This document shows, one piece after another, positions 34,664 through 46,795 of a stretch of DNA of 55,673 nucleotides. Source of the stretch: Thelocarpon superellum (taxonomy: Eukaryota); assembly GCA_026025795.1 (NCBI GenBank), contig JAPEUG010000005.1, positions 62,001 through 117,673 of the forward strand, in the 5' to 3' direction. The first letter of the stretch is position 1, and each line of letters begins with the position of its first letter. The position numbers and the translations under genes were made by a program. The notes under the pieces were generated by a model. The model was not told the origin of the DNA and made no database searches. It saw nothing but the letters and a program-made list of their open reading frames with translations.

Positions 34664-37600
34664 TGTGTCGCGCGTTGGTCGCGTGGAAAGTGGGCGAGAT
34701 GTTCAGTGGTAGGGAGGGATGGGTCACTGAGGCGCATTCATCCTCGTCGCGGTCTTTAATGGCGATCTCATCACCGCTTCGTCGCTCGATCGGGAAGTGC
34801 TTCGTGAGCCTGGTCGTGGGTGTGGGCGTGGGCGATACGTGGATGGGAGTGAGGCGCGGTGCTGGCGGAACCAGGTGCTGCGATTGTTGACGGTCCACGT
34901 ATTGTTTGTATGCACGGCTGGGCGATCGTCTCGTCGCGAAACCTTGCTCGCGGAACGTTGGGTACTGCGCCCAGGTACCAAGTAGCCAGTACCTGCCCAC
35001 CGCGCCCGCCCACTCGCAGGCGCTTGGTAAGCGTGACTCGCAAAAAGCAGAAGTCGCAAGCGAGCCCGATTGGCGCCCAGGCACTGGCTTCACGTGTGAA
35101 AAGGGCACTACCGCAGACCCGGGACAGATATCGAGCGCTCCGAGAGCACTGGGAGCACCGAGAGCGCCGCGAGCACCGCGTGCATCGAGAATGCTCAGTC
35201 CGTGTGGGCTGTCTCAGCGGCGGGGCGGAGCGAAGATGGTGCCGCTGATGGTGCAAGAGTGGAAGCAAAGGAATGGCAATTCTTCAGCCCGAGGTGACCG
35301 CACGAGTGGTTTTGTTGGCTAGATAAAGAAAGAGAGAGGCAGAGGGCGCGGGAGCATGAGGACGAGGACGAGGGCGAACGGTGTCTGACAAAGGTAGCAC
35401 GAGAGAGAGCTGAACGCGGCTTCTGTTCTCGACTCTGCTCGCCTACCAGGCTGACCCACGTCGTAACCGCGTCACTACGTCCGTCCCTTCTCGGCGACGG
35501 GGGGGGAGGGTAAGTCGCGCAGGGTCTTCTGGCGACACAGCCAAGAGGCCGAGAGAGGTAGCTAATGGAGTCCCAGCGTGGATTTTGGTCCGAAAAGCAT
35601 CTGAAATTGAAAGTGGTGCAAAGTACCTCACACGCTGTACGAGTGCAAGCATATAGTGCAAGGCTTTTCGTCTCTTTGCCGAAGCAGACCTGGGCAGATG
35701 GGTGCTTCCCACTGCGGTTACGGGTGCCGTCGTAGTACCGTCGTAGCAGTGTAACTTCTCGTGAGCCTTGCGCATCGGACGAGGGCGAGTACCAGGCAGA
35801 CGAGTACGAGTCCTCCCACCGACGAAGTTCCCACCCTCTGAGCCGGCTACAGAAAAACGGTGTGGAAGACGCCCCGGTTTTCCCGGACGACGGAACTTTA
35901 GTAGCAGCGAGCTACTCGATCTCGAGCTTAGTGACCGCGGGCCGCCCGTCGGGCGGTTCCTCGCCCTAGGCCATCCAGCTTTTCGTCGCTGGCGCCACGT
36001 CCGAAGCTACGAGGACGCGTATGGCGCTCGTGCGTGAAAGAAGGCAAACGTCAACGCGATCTGCACTTCGTCCGTCGCCCTCGCTCGCATCTTGAATGTG
36101 CCTGGGAACAGAGACGGGGGGTGACAGGGCACGGCATGATCCATTTTTCAGGCCCCGCCCACCACCGCTCCCATCCCGATCGTTGGCTCTTCCTCAGCAT
36201 CGCCGCCCACCCACGGTATCGGCCGGTCCGCGGGAGTGCTACGCCTGGCCCAGGGCGCGCCCGTACCAAGTACAAGCACCGCACCCATCGCGCGTACCTA
36301 CAGCATGCTTCATGTTCGACGTCAGCTAGCCTCGCACCGAGATGCTTGTCCACGTCTGCTCCAATCGTGCTCGCTCCCGACAGGTCTCTCCCCGTTCTTC
36401 CATCCCCCCCCCCCACCCTCCCCACTCCTCTTGGCCTCTTGGGCCGCCGAAAACTCCCATCACAAGGAGACGAAAACTCTGATTGCGCCATCGTCCATTG
36501 GGCGTAAGTCCCAAACTGCCTTTCATCAACGTCCGCTGGCGAGCTTCAGGGAACGGAAGCCCTGACCCGATCTCTAGCGGGCGCCGTCGGCTCTGTTCAG
36601 GAACGGGGGCGCCCACTACGGCAGCACCCCTGGTCTGCTCCGTCCCCGATCTAGACCCACTGGCTCCACCACGGAGCACGCCGCGCGCCAGCAGGCCTCC
36701 ATGTCTCGCCGTGGCGGCGGCGCAACGGTGACGTTGGTGCACGACGTCATGAATATACTCGTACGAGAAGGTCCAGGAACCCAGGAGCCCAGGAAGTCGT
36801 AGACGGATCCAGCACGTTGGCGCGATGGGCCAAGACCTCATCCCACACCATGTGCCTGACACGCCAACGACAGTCCGCCAACGTAGATGCTCACGCTCGT
36901 CGCCTGCTGCTCGTGCCCTGCGGCCTGATGCCACGTTTCCCATCTGGACCGTGCAGGTGGATGGCCTTTGACAGGAGCACAGCTTTCCTCTGGGTCCAGG
37001 CCCAACAGCGGTCATCCTGGCAGCCATCCTGGCAGCTGCACATATCCTCGTCGCACCGGGCGCCCTCCCCCTGTCGTTGCCCATGGCCGCGGTACTTATT
37101 TGGGAGGGCTGACTCGCGCACGATGCAAGTCACGCACAACGTCGCTTCCTCCACCAATCGATAGGCCTTGCTATGCTAGGGTCATCCTCGCCACGCCTTT
37201 CCATCCCAACCGACAGGGGACTGACGGCACTACGTAAGGCGCGGCCGGCCTCCCATGTATGGTGGAAGCGCCCAGCGTAGCGAGCCGAGCACCGGCAAAC
37301 CCTAACTGTTGTTTGCAATCAGGTATCCTTTGTTCTTCCCCAAGGAAGGGAAGGATCAGGATCAAGACCGCGTGCGGATGACATACCCGCCCGAGCTCGT
37401 GCTTGAGCTCGTGCTCGGGGCTGCTTGCCCGGGAGCGCAGTCTCAGCGCTCGGGAGACTCCGCCCGGAGCATTGCCATTCCTGCCTCCGCGCCGTCCTCG
37501 ATCTGAAGGAATCAGCAACAGAGAAAGGAAATCCTTTGGCCATCTCACGTGTCACGACGTGTACAAGGACGGACGGACAACGACATCGAAGCGAGAGCGT

Positions 37601-37733
37601 CGGCGAAGTGCTTGTTGGGTCGGCTTGCTTGCTTACTCACCGGCTTGCTCGTGCAAGTGGGCATTCCCGCACTGCCTCGCGTGAGGAAAGCTCTGCTGTG
37701 CTGTGAGATCGCGACCTACGTTAATTCGGCGTC

Positions 37734-37842
37734 GGCCAGCGACCAGCGGCCAGCGGCCAGCGACCAGCGGCCAGCGACCAGCGACCAGCGACCAACGACC
37801 AGCGACCAGCGACCAGCGACCAGCGACCAGCGACCAGCGGCC
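37734..37842. repeat. 7-bp tandem repeat (G[AG]CCAGC)n, about 15 units, intergenic
   Basis: Directly visible: GACCAGC GGCCAGC GGCCAGC GACCAGC... Confidence 0.95.
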
Positions 37843-38442
37843 CAAGACACATCAGAGGAAGAAATTCGCCACCGCCGCGCTGCAGCAGCAGGAGCAGCAG
37901 TAGGAGCAAGTGCAGCTTACCTAGCCTCCCAGACAAGGACGCGGCCCCGTACGTGGTAAGAAATCGGCAGCATCTAGAGGGTAGGTATGATGTGTCATGC
38001 GCACAACGTGCAGTCGACAAGTCAAACACAACCAATCTCACGCCACGCCTCCCCTTTCGACATTTTGCTTTTTTGCAGGCCAATACCCTCGCTGGGCCAC
38101 GCGACCAGAAGACAGCCTCTCGGCGCCTCAACGAACAGTCTGTGATGATGTAGGGCGGCAGAGGGGTGCGTGTGCCTCTAGCAGGTCGACGTAAAGCACA
38201 ATTAGGGCCGGGGAGGGTTGGCAGTCAGGCCGGCAGCTTCGTACAACGGTAGTGGCAGTGGGAATAGTGGTAGTGGTGGTGGTGTGGCCCCTTGTTGTAA
38301 TCCCGATGGCGCATTGCATCTCTTTCTCCTCTTGCCATGCCACCCCCCACATCACATCTCATCACATCACCGCAGGTGCGCTCATACGACTTCGGGTTGT
38401 TTTTTCCGTCGATGAGCTGGCTGACAAGCGTTTTCGGTCGCC

Positions 38443-38492
38443 CTCCGCTTCTGCTTCCGCTTCTGCTTCCGCTTCCGCTTCCGCTTCCGCTT
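38443..38492. repeat. Hexanucleotide microsatellite (CTTCYG)n
   Basis: Directly visible run ctccgcttctgcttccgcttctgcttccgcttccg... Confidence 0.9.
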
Positions 38493-39622
38493 ACTGAGAC
38501 ATGACCGACATCAGACCCCACACCGCCCGGAAGGTCCGGAACGTGTCGTCCCGTGTCAGGTTGTATTGGCCCTCCGAGACCTTCTTCTCTTTCACTCCCA
38601 CCCTGCTGTGTCTCTACCTTTTGTGTCCTCCCACCCCGCTCTGTCTTTGTCTCTTCTGTCCTCCCCACCCCGCTCTGTCTCTATCTCTGTCTCTTGTACC
38701 CGTCCGACATGCAGAGGCTGTGGACAGATGGATATTTGAGACATGCTATGTGTCAGAATGCCGTGGGCCATCTCACCGCCCCCACGGCGGTTCATTTGAC
38801 CTTATTGCTTGCTTGCTTGCTTCCTGCATGAACCAAGCTTCGTCGTCTCGCAACCCCCACCGCATCATCCCACACAACATGCAAGTCTTTATACGACGTA
38901 CGTCGTCTCCGGTGACATCAATCTTTGACGCAGCGTATTATTACACCCCAAGAAGGAAAACTCACCTGTTCGTACGTCCCTTCTTCAGGATGGAACTCGT
39001 GGTGGTGTTTCAGAGGGTCCGAAATTGGCATCTCGACCCTGTCCCATCCCCATCCCCATCCCATTCCCTCGACATGCTATTCTTACCTCGTACGTCCGTC
39101 CGTCCGTCCGTCCGGCTGTCCTGCAGGTCTTGCCAAGCTTCTACTACTAGAAGTTACTTACTTGGCTTAACTTCCGTGGGTGCTACTGCTGCTGTGGTGC
39201 GGAACACCTCTGTAAACGAGTTGTAGAACATGTATGAACGCCTTACTCGCCTCACCGTTGCGAGGGCAGGACGATATCGGAACAATCTCTCCGCATGACG
39301 CTGCGTATGTGTATGCCGCGCAGCACAGATAACCAGACAGATGCACTGTCAGAAAGCCGCAGTTGCAACAACAATATCGTCTCATGTACGCAGTGAACGT
39401 ACATACCTGACAAGAGAGAGGGGAAGAGGGCATGGTACGGTTCACTGGAAACGACAGGATGATGTCTCTCACGTTTCATCGACCTGACTCCATACCAAGG
39501 CCAATGTGATGGGACGCAAAGCAATGCGACGCAGCGCACCGCAACGCAACGCGCGCTTGCCGTTCAGACACCTTCGCCCGGCCCAGATCCAAATCCAACA
39601 TCTACTCCACACGGCATGCTAA

Positions 39623-41595
39623 TCAAATCCAATACCGGCTCCATATCTCGCGCTCCTCGTCCGTGCCGCGGAACTAAACCATCGGGAGACATCATTAGTC
39701 TCTGTCATGAAACACGACCCAGCGGGGGCAGCGAAAATGATGTCGCTTTGGATAAGGGGAGGGGGGCTCATGCCTGGAAGACGACTGGGATGATCTCCTC
39801 AAAGCCTTCCTCCAGCTTCGGTGGCTGGAATCTCGACAAGTAGTTCCGAAACGCTGCACTCGGTAACATCGTCCGGGATTCCGGGTTCATCTGCCATCCG
39901 GGCCGCATGTTAGACCTCGGTGTGCGTCACATTCTACGCAGCGTCGGCTTCCCGTGGGCTCCGCCCCACAGGCTTCGCGTAGAATTTCCAAGGTGTCACG
40001 ACTTACTCGAGGCCCATTGAGCGCGCGGACAGCGTCGTTGTGCTGACACACGAGAGGAGGGGCAGTAAAGTAGATGCAGCGAATCGGGACCTTGAAGTCA
40101 TGCGCTAGGCCCACCCATTTCGCACGTACGTCGACGTCTGCATTGGTATTGTCTGCGAAAAATCCGGATCAGTAGCTGCGTCGTGCAGCGAAGCCGTCTG
40201 ACGTACCGACGGCGACGGATTTCCCGTTGGAGAGATGGTCTGACGCAGCTGCCAAGCATTTATCTCTCTGCAATCGGCGTGAGTAACATGTACCCGGTAG
40301 AACAGTGGAAACAGGCACGCACTGTTTTCAGGGTATCCTGGTTCACCCGCTCATAACCGTGGGGTTTAAGATACTCTCGGTAGAACGTCGACTTTCCCGC
40401 GCCTGGTGAGCCGCAGAAGAGCACTATCTCAAGACCGTGTTTCGGGGCAAAGGCCGACGCTGATAAGGAGGTCAGTGACTCTGAATAGCCCATATATCCA
40501 GCATCAGTGATAGGTACCCGCATCCTTAGACGTAGCTGTTGCCTTCAAAAGATACGCTGCTGGATCAAATGTTCGGGTGAAAGGCCTGGCTTCCTCTTGT
40601 AGGAAATACTCTTCAGGAGTGTGAAACGATATCCCGATGTTGGCAGCAAAGTCCCTAGTTTGCTTAGCCTGATTGGAAATACTTCCAGTACCGTCGAGCG
40701 GGAGCACTGGATGTACCTATCTGAAGACGAATGATCTTGGGTCGCGCCCGTCTCAATGGAACGTCCACCAGCATCGCCCACGAAGAAAGACTTCTCCGCA
40801 TCCACGGATTGAGCCATATCAAGGTCGAACTCCTCCAGCATCTCCTTCCACATGCCGAGGCGAGGCTTGCGGTATCGGTCACGGCTTGTTGCGGCGTAGA
40901 CGTTGATGGGGAAGTCCAGTTGCTGAAGAATGGCTGACACCTTCTCCTTGAACGTCGTTAATCGTTTCATATCCCCTTTGAGGGTCTTTGGGTTGTTCTT
41001 CAGACTGATCCCGCCTTGATTGCTGAGAACAACGACTTCGAAGCTGCAGCGACGCAAGCAGCTCCTGATCAGCTTCGTTCTGGACGACCACAAGTACTGA
41101 GAGTCACACCCTTTCTCGTGCAGATCCTTCAGCTTGCCAGGCACGCCGGGATGCCACCACGTCCAGTCAGCCGCATCTCGAGCATGAGGTTGGCCTTGCT
41201 TGGTCTTGATGAGGGTCGAATCCTGTTCGTTCCCTGGCTTGAGTGAACTCTTCTCCCAAGGCGGACGGATGGACTAACGAGATCAAAGCCAGCAATCGGC
41301 AGTGGCCCGTTTTCACGAGAGCGATGTGTCTGGCCAACTCGAGCAAATCGCCCAATCAACAGCGAGTCGTCAATTATGTGCCATGTCAGTTTCTCCGGCT
41401 CCTTCTTTGATGCTGGCGTGAAGAAGCCCGCCACTGCCGTTTCTGTGAGATCAATGAGCTTCACGTCCGATATGGGCCATGATCAGACAGACTGGTCGTC
41501 GTAGACAAGATCTTCCGCTTCCCTGGTGGCGGTGAAATGGATTTGTCGCCCGTAACCAACGGCCGCTTGAGCGTAGGGTTCGTGGTGGAAGACAT
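39623..41595 (-). CDS. pnk1: Bifunctional polynucleotide kinase / 3'-phosphatase (PNKP), multi-exon
   Basis: HAD phosphatase motifs IAGFDL/DSTLI, SNQGG, RKPRLGMW, FFVGDAGGR, DHSSSDR and FHTPEEYFL. P-loop kinase motifs FCGSPGAGKST, VNQDTLK and DNTNAD. C-terminus EGFEEI...FRGTDEEREIWSRYWI*. Confidence 0.92.
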
Positions 41596-42091
41596 TATCA
41601 GGGCCCGACGAAGAGCACATCTGCGAATGACGGTAGCCGCCACTATGTCTTTCGATGGTCACGACTGACCCGAGACGTTCTAGGTGGACGCATCGTACAG
41701 CGACCATCTGCGAGCCCTTTTTCTTACCGTTCATCGACGAATGCGACACCTCTCGCGTGAAGTCGTCGCCAAACGCGACATCACCTGATCTGGCGGCCTG
41801 CCTTCCGTTGCCAATCCCCCCGTCAGCTCCGAGAAGTCCTGGAGCTTGTCGGTACCCCAGTGTACCAAACGTTCCTCGTTCTGGTCTCGCCGAAGTTTCC
41901 GATGTCCCCGATTCCCGCTATTTGCCTACTTCTATTCCACTCCCTGACACACACACTGTCTACGAGGAGGAACAGATCGAGCGGATACGTATCGTAAGCG
42001 CCGATGGTCCGCAGAGCTTCCTCACTTCCGAATCAGCCGCTCTGAGAGCTGGTGGAAATGCAGGCACCAGGGGCGCGATCGGCCGCCCACT

Positions 42092-43038
42092 TCATCTCAT
42101 TCGGGTATCCAACGCCAGACGATCTCCGACCTCAAGATCGACTACCCCTTTCATCATGTCCTTGAATGCTTTGAGCTCGTTGATGCCCAAAGTCATGGCT
42201 TCTGGCTTGCTCCCGTCCTGAACGCGTAACGATGCTTGTAATAGATAGGTTCCCGTTGGGTCCAATGCTTCCAAGGACTGAAAGTTGGGCAGGTGTCGCG
42301 CGGGGCCTGAGGAGGGGCCGGCTGACGTGGAGTCCGCAGAGGACGCCGTCCCTGACATCGGGAGAAGCATCACACGGTGCAACAGCAGGACGATGTTATT
42401 GTAGATGAGCCGGTGGCCCTCAAGCACGTACTCGGACAGATAACTGCATCGTCAGCCTCTTCTGTCAGGTTGTGGGTCTTCATATGGGGGGCCTACTCGT
42501 AGCCGAAGGCATCCATAAAACCCATCCCATCCCCGTCCACGATCTCAACTCCGGAGATGGCCCGTGATGTCACCGGCCGTCTCCCGGCTACTTCGGGGAG
42601 ATCGTTGAATCGTAGTGTCCAGCTTTGCCTTTCAAAATCGTAGGACTGAGCAGCGTGGACCCCGTTGGTCTCTCCAGCCTGTTTTTCTCCGGACGTCTCC
42701 CTTTCCTCACTCACGTCCAACATCACCGTGTCTCCTCCCGCAGATGGGTGCTTTACATCGCCTGCATCGGGGAACTGCGACTCCTCGACCTCTCCCACAA
42801 GCTGCAGGTAGAAGAGTTCCCCCTGTAATTGACCTTGCAGTGCCTGCGCTTGCTGGTTGGCAATACCTTGGGAGCCTCCCACGAGCCCGCTCGTTGATCC
42901 GGGCGCTCGTTTGGGCTTAAACAGTAGATGCCGTTCAAGGAGACGCCGGGGTTGCATGCCAGCCACGCCGGCGATGATCTTCAGAAGCTGTTCATGGCGC
43001 GTGGCGGGCACCTGGGCGAAGAGGAGGAGCTCATGCAT
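42092..43038 (-). CDS. MED18: Mediator complex subunit Med18 (Srb5), 2 exons
   Basis: Motifs MHELLLFAQVP..RHEQLLKIIAGVAGMQP, WTLRFNDLPEVAGRRPVTSR, LEGHRLIYNNIV and MKGVVDLEVGDRLALDTR. Intron at about 42444-42497. Confidence 0.9.
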
Positions 43039-43895
43039 CGCTGTGGCTCAGATCGACGTGTCGCGGGAGCTGCGGAGAGAGGTTGCCGCCATTGTGTGAG
43101 AGGGACGTTGATGGCGGCACGCCGCAAGCTACAATGCTGGAGCGTATTGAGAAGGGTCTGCCCAACGACAAAGTCACCGGCGATATCACTCTCCCATCAA
43201 CAATTGCCTATCAGTAAGTGACAGGGCCGTGGTTGGCTGAAGCAAACGCCGCCCGAAGCTATAGGGCTTCGGCTAATCCCACCTAGGTAACTCAGACGAG
43301 GTCGTCCAAGGTGGTACTCGTGCAAGAAACGTCGGGCGTGCCAGAGCAATGCTGGATGTCCCGTGCTACCCAGATCCTCAAGAATGTGAGAAGAGTATCA
43401 CCCGCTATAGTCGTCCGGCCATATCTCCAGTCTCAGTCGTCCCTGTGTCCATCTACTCCCGGCAGCTTAGAGCGTGGTCAGGCTGGCGCGGACAGGGACA
43501 GTTCCGCCACTCGGCGGCTTCGGGCAGATTCGGAGGAACTCTTTGACTAACCACGCTAAGCTACCCCACGGAGAAAATGCTCGGCACCAGAGTTGGAGGT
43601 GCGCAGGGAGGCAGGCAGGGTGAGCCGGAAGAGCGAATTCATGTGAACCTCCTCCAACCCGCCTTGCTACCGCCTTGCTGAGAAAACGACGGGAGCTGTG
43701 GTCTGTCGCCCATCTACTACCTTCTGTCCACCGCCAAAGTTCACATCATCCTCATGGCGCTCAGTGTCTAAGGTGACTCTGCCATCCGTCATTCGTCTGC
43801 AGATGTCTCTGTGAGTCGATTCGGCGGGCGGAGCCAAACCGAGAGCCTTCATCACCAGCGCCTTTGAGGTGCGTCTCGGTCCTTGCGGAGCTACC

Positions 43896-44326
43896 ATGAA
43901 TGCAACGCGCGTGCTTCGTCAGGCCGCCGTGCAGCATCGCACCCCTTTGATTCAATTCCTGGGCAAACGATCCACTCCCGGTATGTTCACGCGAAATATG
44001 GGATAGCTCACTGCTGACGGGCCGATGCAGCCTCCGTCGACCACACGCCGCAGGCTCATCCGGCGTCTCCGTCGGAGACTTTGCCAGAATCGTTTGCGAC
44101 CTATCGCTCCAAGGCGCAGCAGCATGGACCGCTGAACCACCGTTCGGCCAGCTCATCAAGCCACGGCGCCATCGGCGGACATCCCGGTGGATCGCTGGGC
44201 CCCGTCGATCCTCCCCAAGGTCAATACTTTGACCGCACCGAGCTTCCTCCGAGATTCCAGCAGATGCCGTGGACCCAAGCGGAGATTGATGCCGTCGAGA
44301 CGGGCGGCGCAAGCCTCTTCACTTGA
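43896..44326 (+). CDS. YMR31: Mitochondrial protein Ymr31/Kgd4 (MRPS36 family; alpha-ketoglutarate dehydrogenase adaptor), 2 exons
   Basis: Presequence MNATRVLRQAAVQHRTPLIQFLGKR, intron 43981-44030, and C-terminus ELPPRFQQMPWTQAEIDAVETGGASLFT. Confidence 0.85.
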
Positions 44327-44877
44327 GCTCTTCACCGGAAGCATTCGCCAAGTGGTTATATCTTCTCGGACTCAGATGCTTATGAGCGGGCGTGCTGGGC
44401 AGAGGAATACGTGTGTAGACGGCGTGTTCGATGGGAGCTTCTTCGTCAGTTGATTGACGTTCAAATGATGTCACATGTAGGGTTCCGATGGTGGAGAATC
44501 CGACGACGGAGGATGATGTCTTGAGTTCGTGAAGCCTGCTTGGATGGCATATTCGTTGCCACCACCCAAAGTAGCCGGTTTAAGTCTGAACGCAAATACC
44601 TCTCATCGTTGATACGATCTGCCCAAGTGTCCCTGCAGCTTAGTTTCTGTCAGCGTTATGAATGTTCACTTCGCGTTAGAGTAGATAGCCGCCGGAGAAA
44701 ATGGAGAGGACAATCAGCATTGCTCAGCGTTCGGCGATTCTGATTGGTGGATGAGAGCGCGATCGGCGTTATAAGGTCGCATGTCCCCAAGCTCATCTCG
44801 ACACCAACAACAGACGTCGTGATAGCGGTGAATGAACCATTGCCTCCCACGTTTGGGTGGAATTGACCGTCATCAGC

Positions 44878-46795
44878 ATGAATGAAGTCGTATTGAAGGT
44901 GTTGGAAAAGGACGAGGCAGGCAATATCAACGCAACATACGTCCAGTCAAGGTCGAACGACAAAGGCCAGAGCACTAGAATTGATGTCCTTGTGAGCTTC
45001 TCCCGTGCCGTTGCGACCGGTCCAGCCAGGCGTCTGTTGACATCATGCCCATCAGGCGCCAGAGAAGCCGACCCGCCCATGGCGGAGCGTACTCAATGTC
45101 TTTCTTCCGGCTGGTTATCCACATAGCGTGACCGACGACTATCTCGAGTCTGTCTTCCCCGTGCATGCAATCTCGCCCTTCCGCATTCTTCAGTCCACCC
45201 ACGTCCATGTCGAGCCATTGGCTGTGTTACTGATTAGAAGATCCTTTCAGATATCAGGTCTATGTTGGTGTCTTCGCCAACGCATATGCTAGGAGCGCTG
45301 AACGAATCTCTAGGATTCGCTCCAAGCTTTCACAAGCTCCATCGCCCACCTCCTCTCATCCAGGGCGGTTCTGCAGGGTATGTCGGCACGTACCTGCCCG
45401 CCACTCAGCCCGTGTGTACGAGTCTCAACATGTCGAGCTGACGTGTTTTACCAAAGGCATTGGGGTGGGAGATGCAACGGCGTCAACGACGGGCGCCATC
45501 CTGCTCACGGTGCTTCAGGAGAGCATGGGCCGGGTAGCTACGATTGCGTTTGCTCACAAGCTCGGCACCTCGCTGGAACCGGAGTGCAAGATGTATCGGC
45601 TTGCGGCTGACGTGTTCAACGACGCCGCCATCGTCCTGGACTGCGTCTCCCCGGCCCTGCCGAAACTGGCCAGGGTCGGGGTCCTGAGCCTGGCGAGTGT
45701 CCTCCGCGCCTTGTGCGGGGTCGCGGCAGGAAGCTCCAAGGCCAGTCTGAGCGCACACTTCGCGAAATGGGGGAACCTGGGAGAGCTGAATGCCGTACGT
45801 CCCTCCCCATCATCCCGCCCTTGACGACGTCGTCAATCCCTGCATCTCATATGCCGTGCCGCTCGTCAATGTCAAGCATGGATATCTCCATCCGCCCTCC
45901 GGCCGAGAGCATGTGGAGCCCGACACTGCTGACACACACCACAGAAAGATTCCAGTCAGGAGACCATCATCTCGCTCATGGGAATGCTGGTACGTCGCAC
46001 CATGGGGCAACTTGACATGCGCGCGGCGAGGCTGAAAGGGTGTCTTAGGCCGGCAGTGTCGTCGTCTCCTACGTCTCCTCCCCGATGGCCGTCTGGTCTT
46101 GGCTCGTGCTACTGCTCTCCATCCACCTGGCCACGAATCGTGCCGCCGTCCAGGCCGTCAGTATGCACACGCTGAATCGGCAGCGCGCCAACATTGTGCT
46201 CAGCCATCTGGTGGAGGATGACGTGGTACTGCGGCCAAAGGACGTTTCGAAGAGCGAGAGAATCTTCGAATGGGACGGAGTTCTGCGGTGGAAGGCATCG
46301 GCCGTGCTGGGATCTGCCCGCATCGGGGTGCAGCTGCGAGAGGTAATCGCGAGCACGGCCGGCTACGACTCACGGCCGGGCTCCATCCATCCCCGTCCCG
46401 GGGCCCGGGTGGATATGGATGAGTTGGCGCGCGTGTATCACCAGGAGCAATATCTGCTCTGGTGCGACCAGACACGTAATCGCGTGCTTATTGTTCTCAA
46501 GGAAGGCGCGACGCCCGTTTCACAGCTCAAAGCTTGGATGCAAGCCCTTCTCACCGTCCGCTATTTCACGCAACGCGCGCGAGCGGCACTTGGAAGAGAG
46601 CCGAAGGTTCCGGACGATGACAATGATGCGGGAGCAGCAGCAATCGTGGGCATACTGCGTGATCAGCTGCGAGCCGTGGATAAGGACTTCGATGGCTTTG
46701 TTGCGCGTCTGCGCGAGGCTGGATGGGACGTCGATGCGGCGGCGCTTGAAACACGATCTGGATGGCGCGTATGCATTTCGCCAGGGCCGTCGTAA
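44878..46795 (+). CDS. RUS1 family protein (DUF647, vitamin B6 photo-protection/homeostasis; C16orf58-like), multi-exon
   Basis: Exons encode VFLPAGYPHSVTDDYL, DSLQAFTSSIA.LLSSRAVLQG/IGVGD, LEPECKMYRLAADVFND, GSSKASLSAHFAKWGNLGELNA/KDSSQET and TLNRQRANIV. Confidence 0.88.

Noticed and set aside
37734..37842. Tandem array as a CRISPR or a coding repeat (SDQRPAT)n
   Set aside because: Contiguous 7-bp units with no spacers, in a eukaryotic context with no cas genes. ORFs open in several frames are an artefact of the stop-free repeat.
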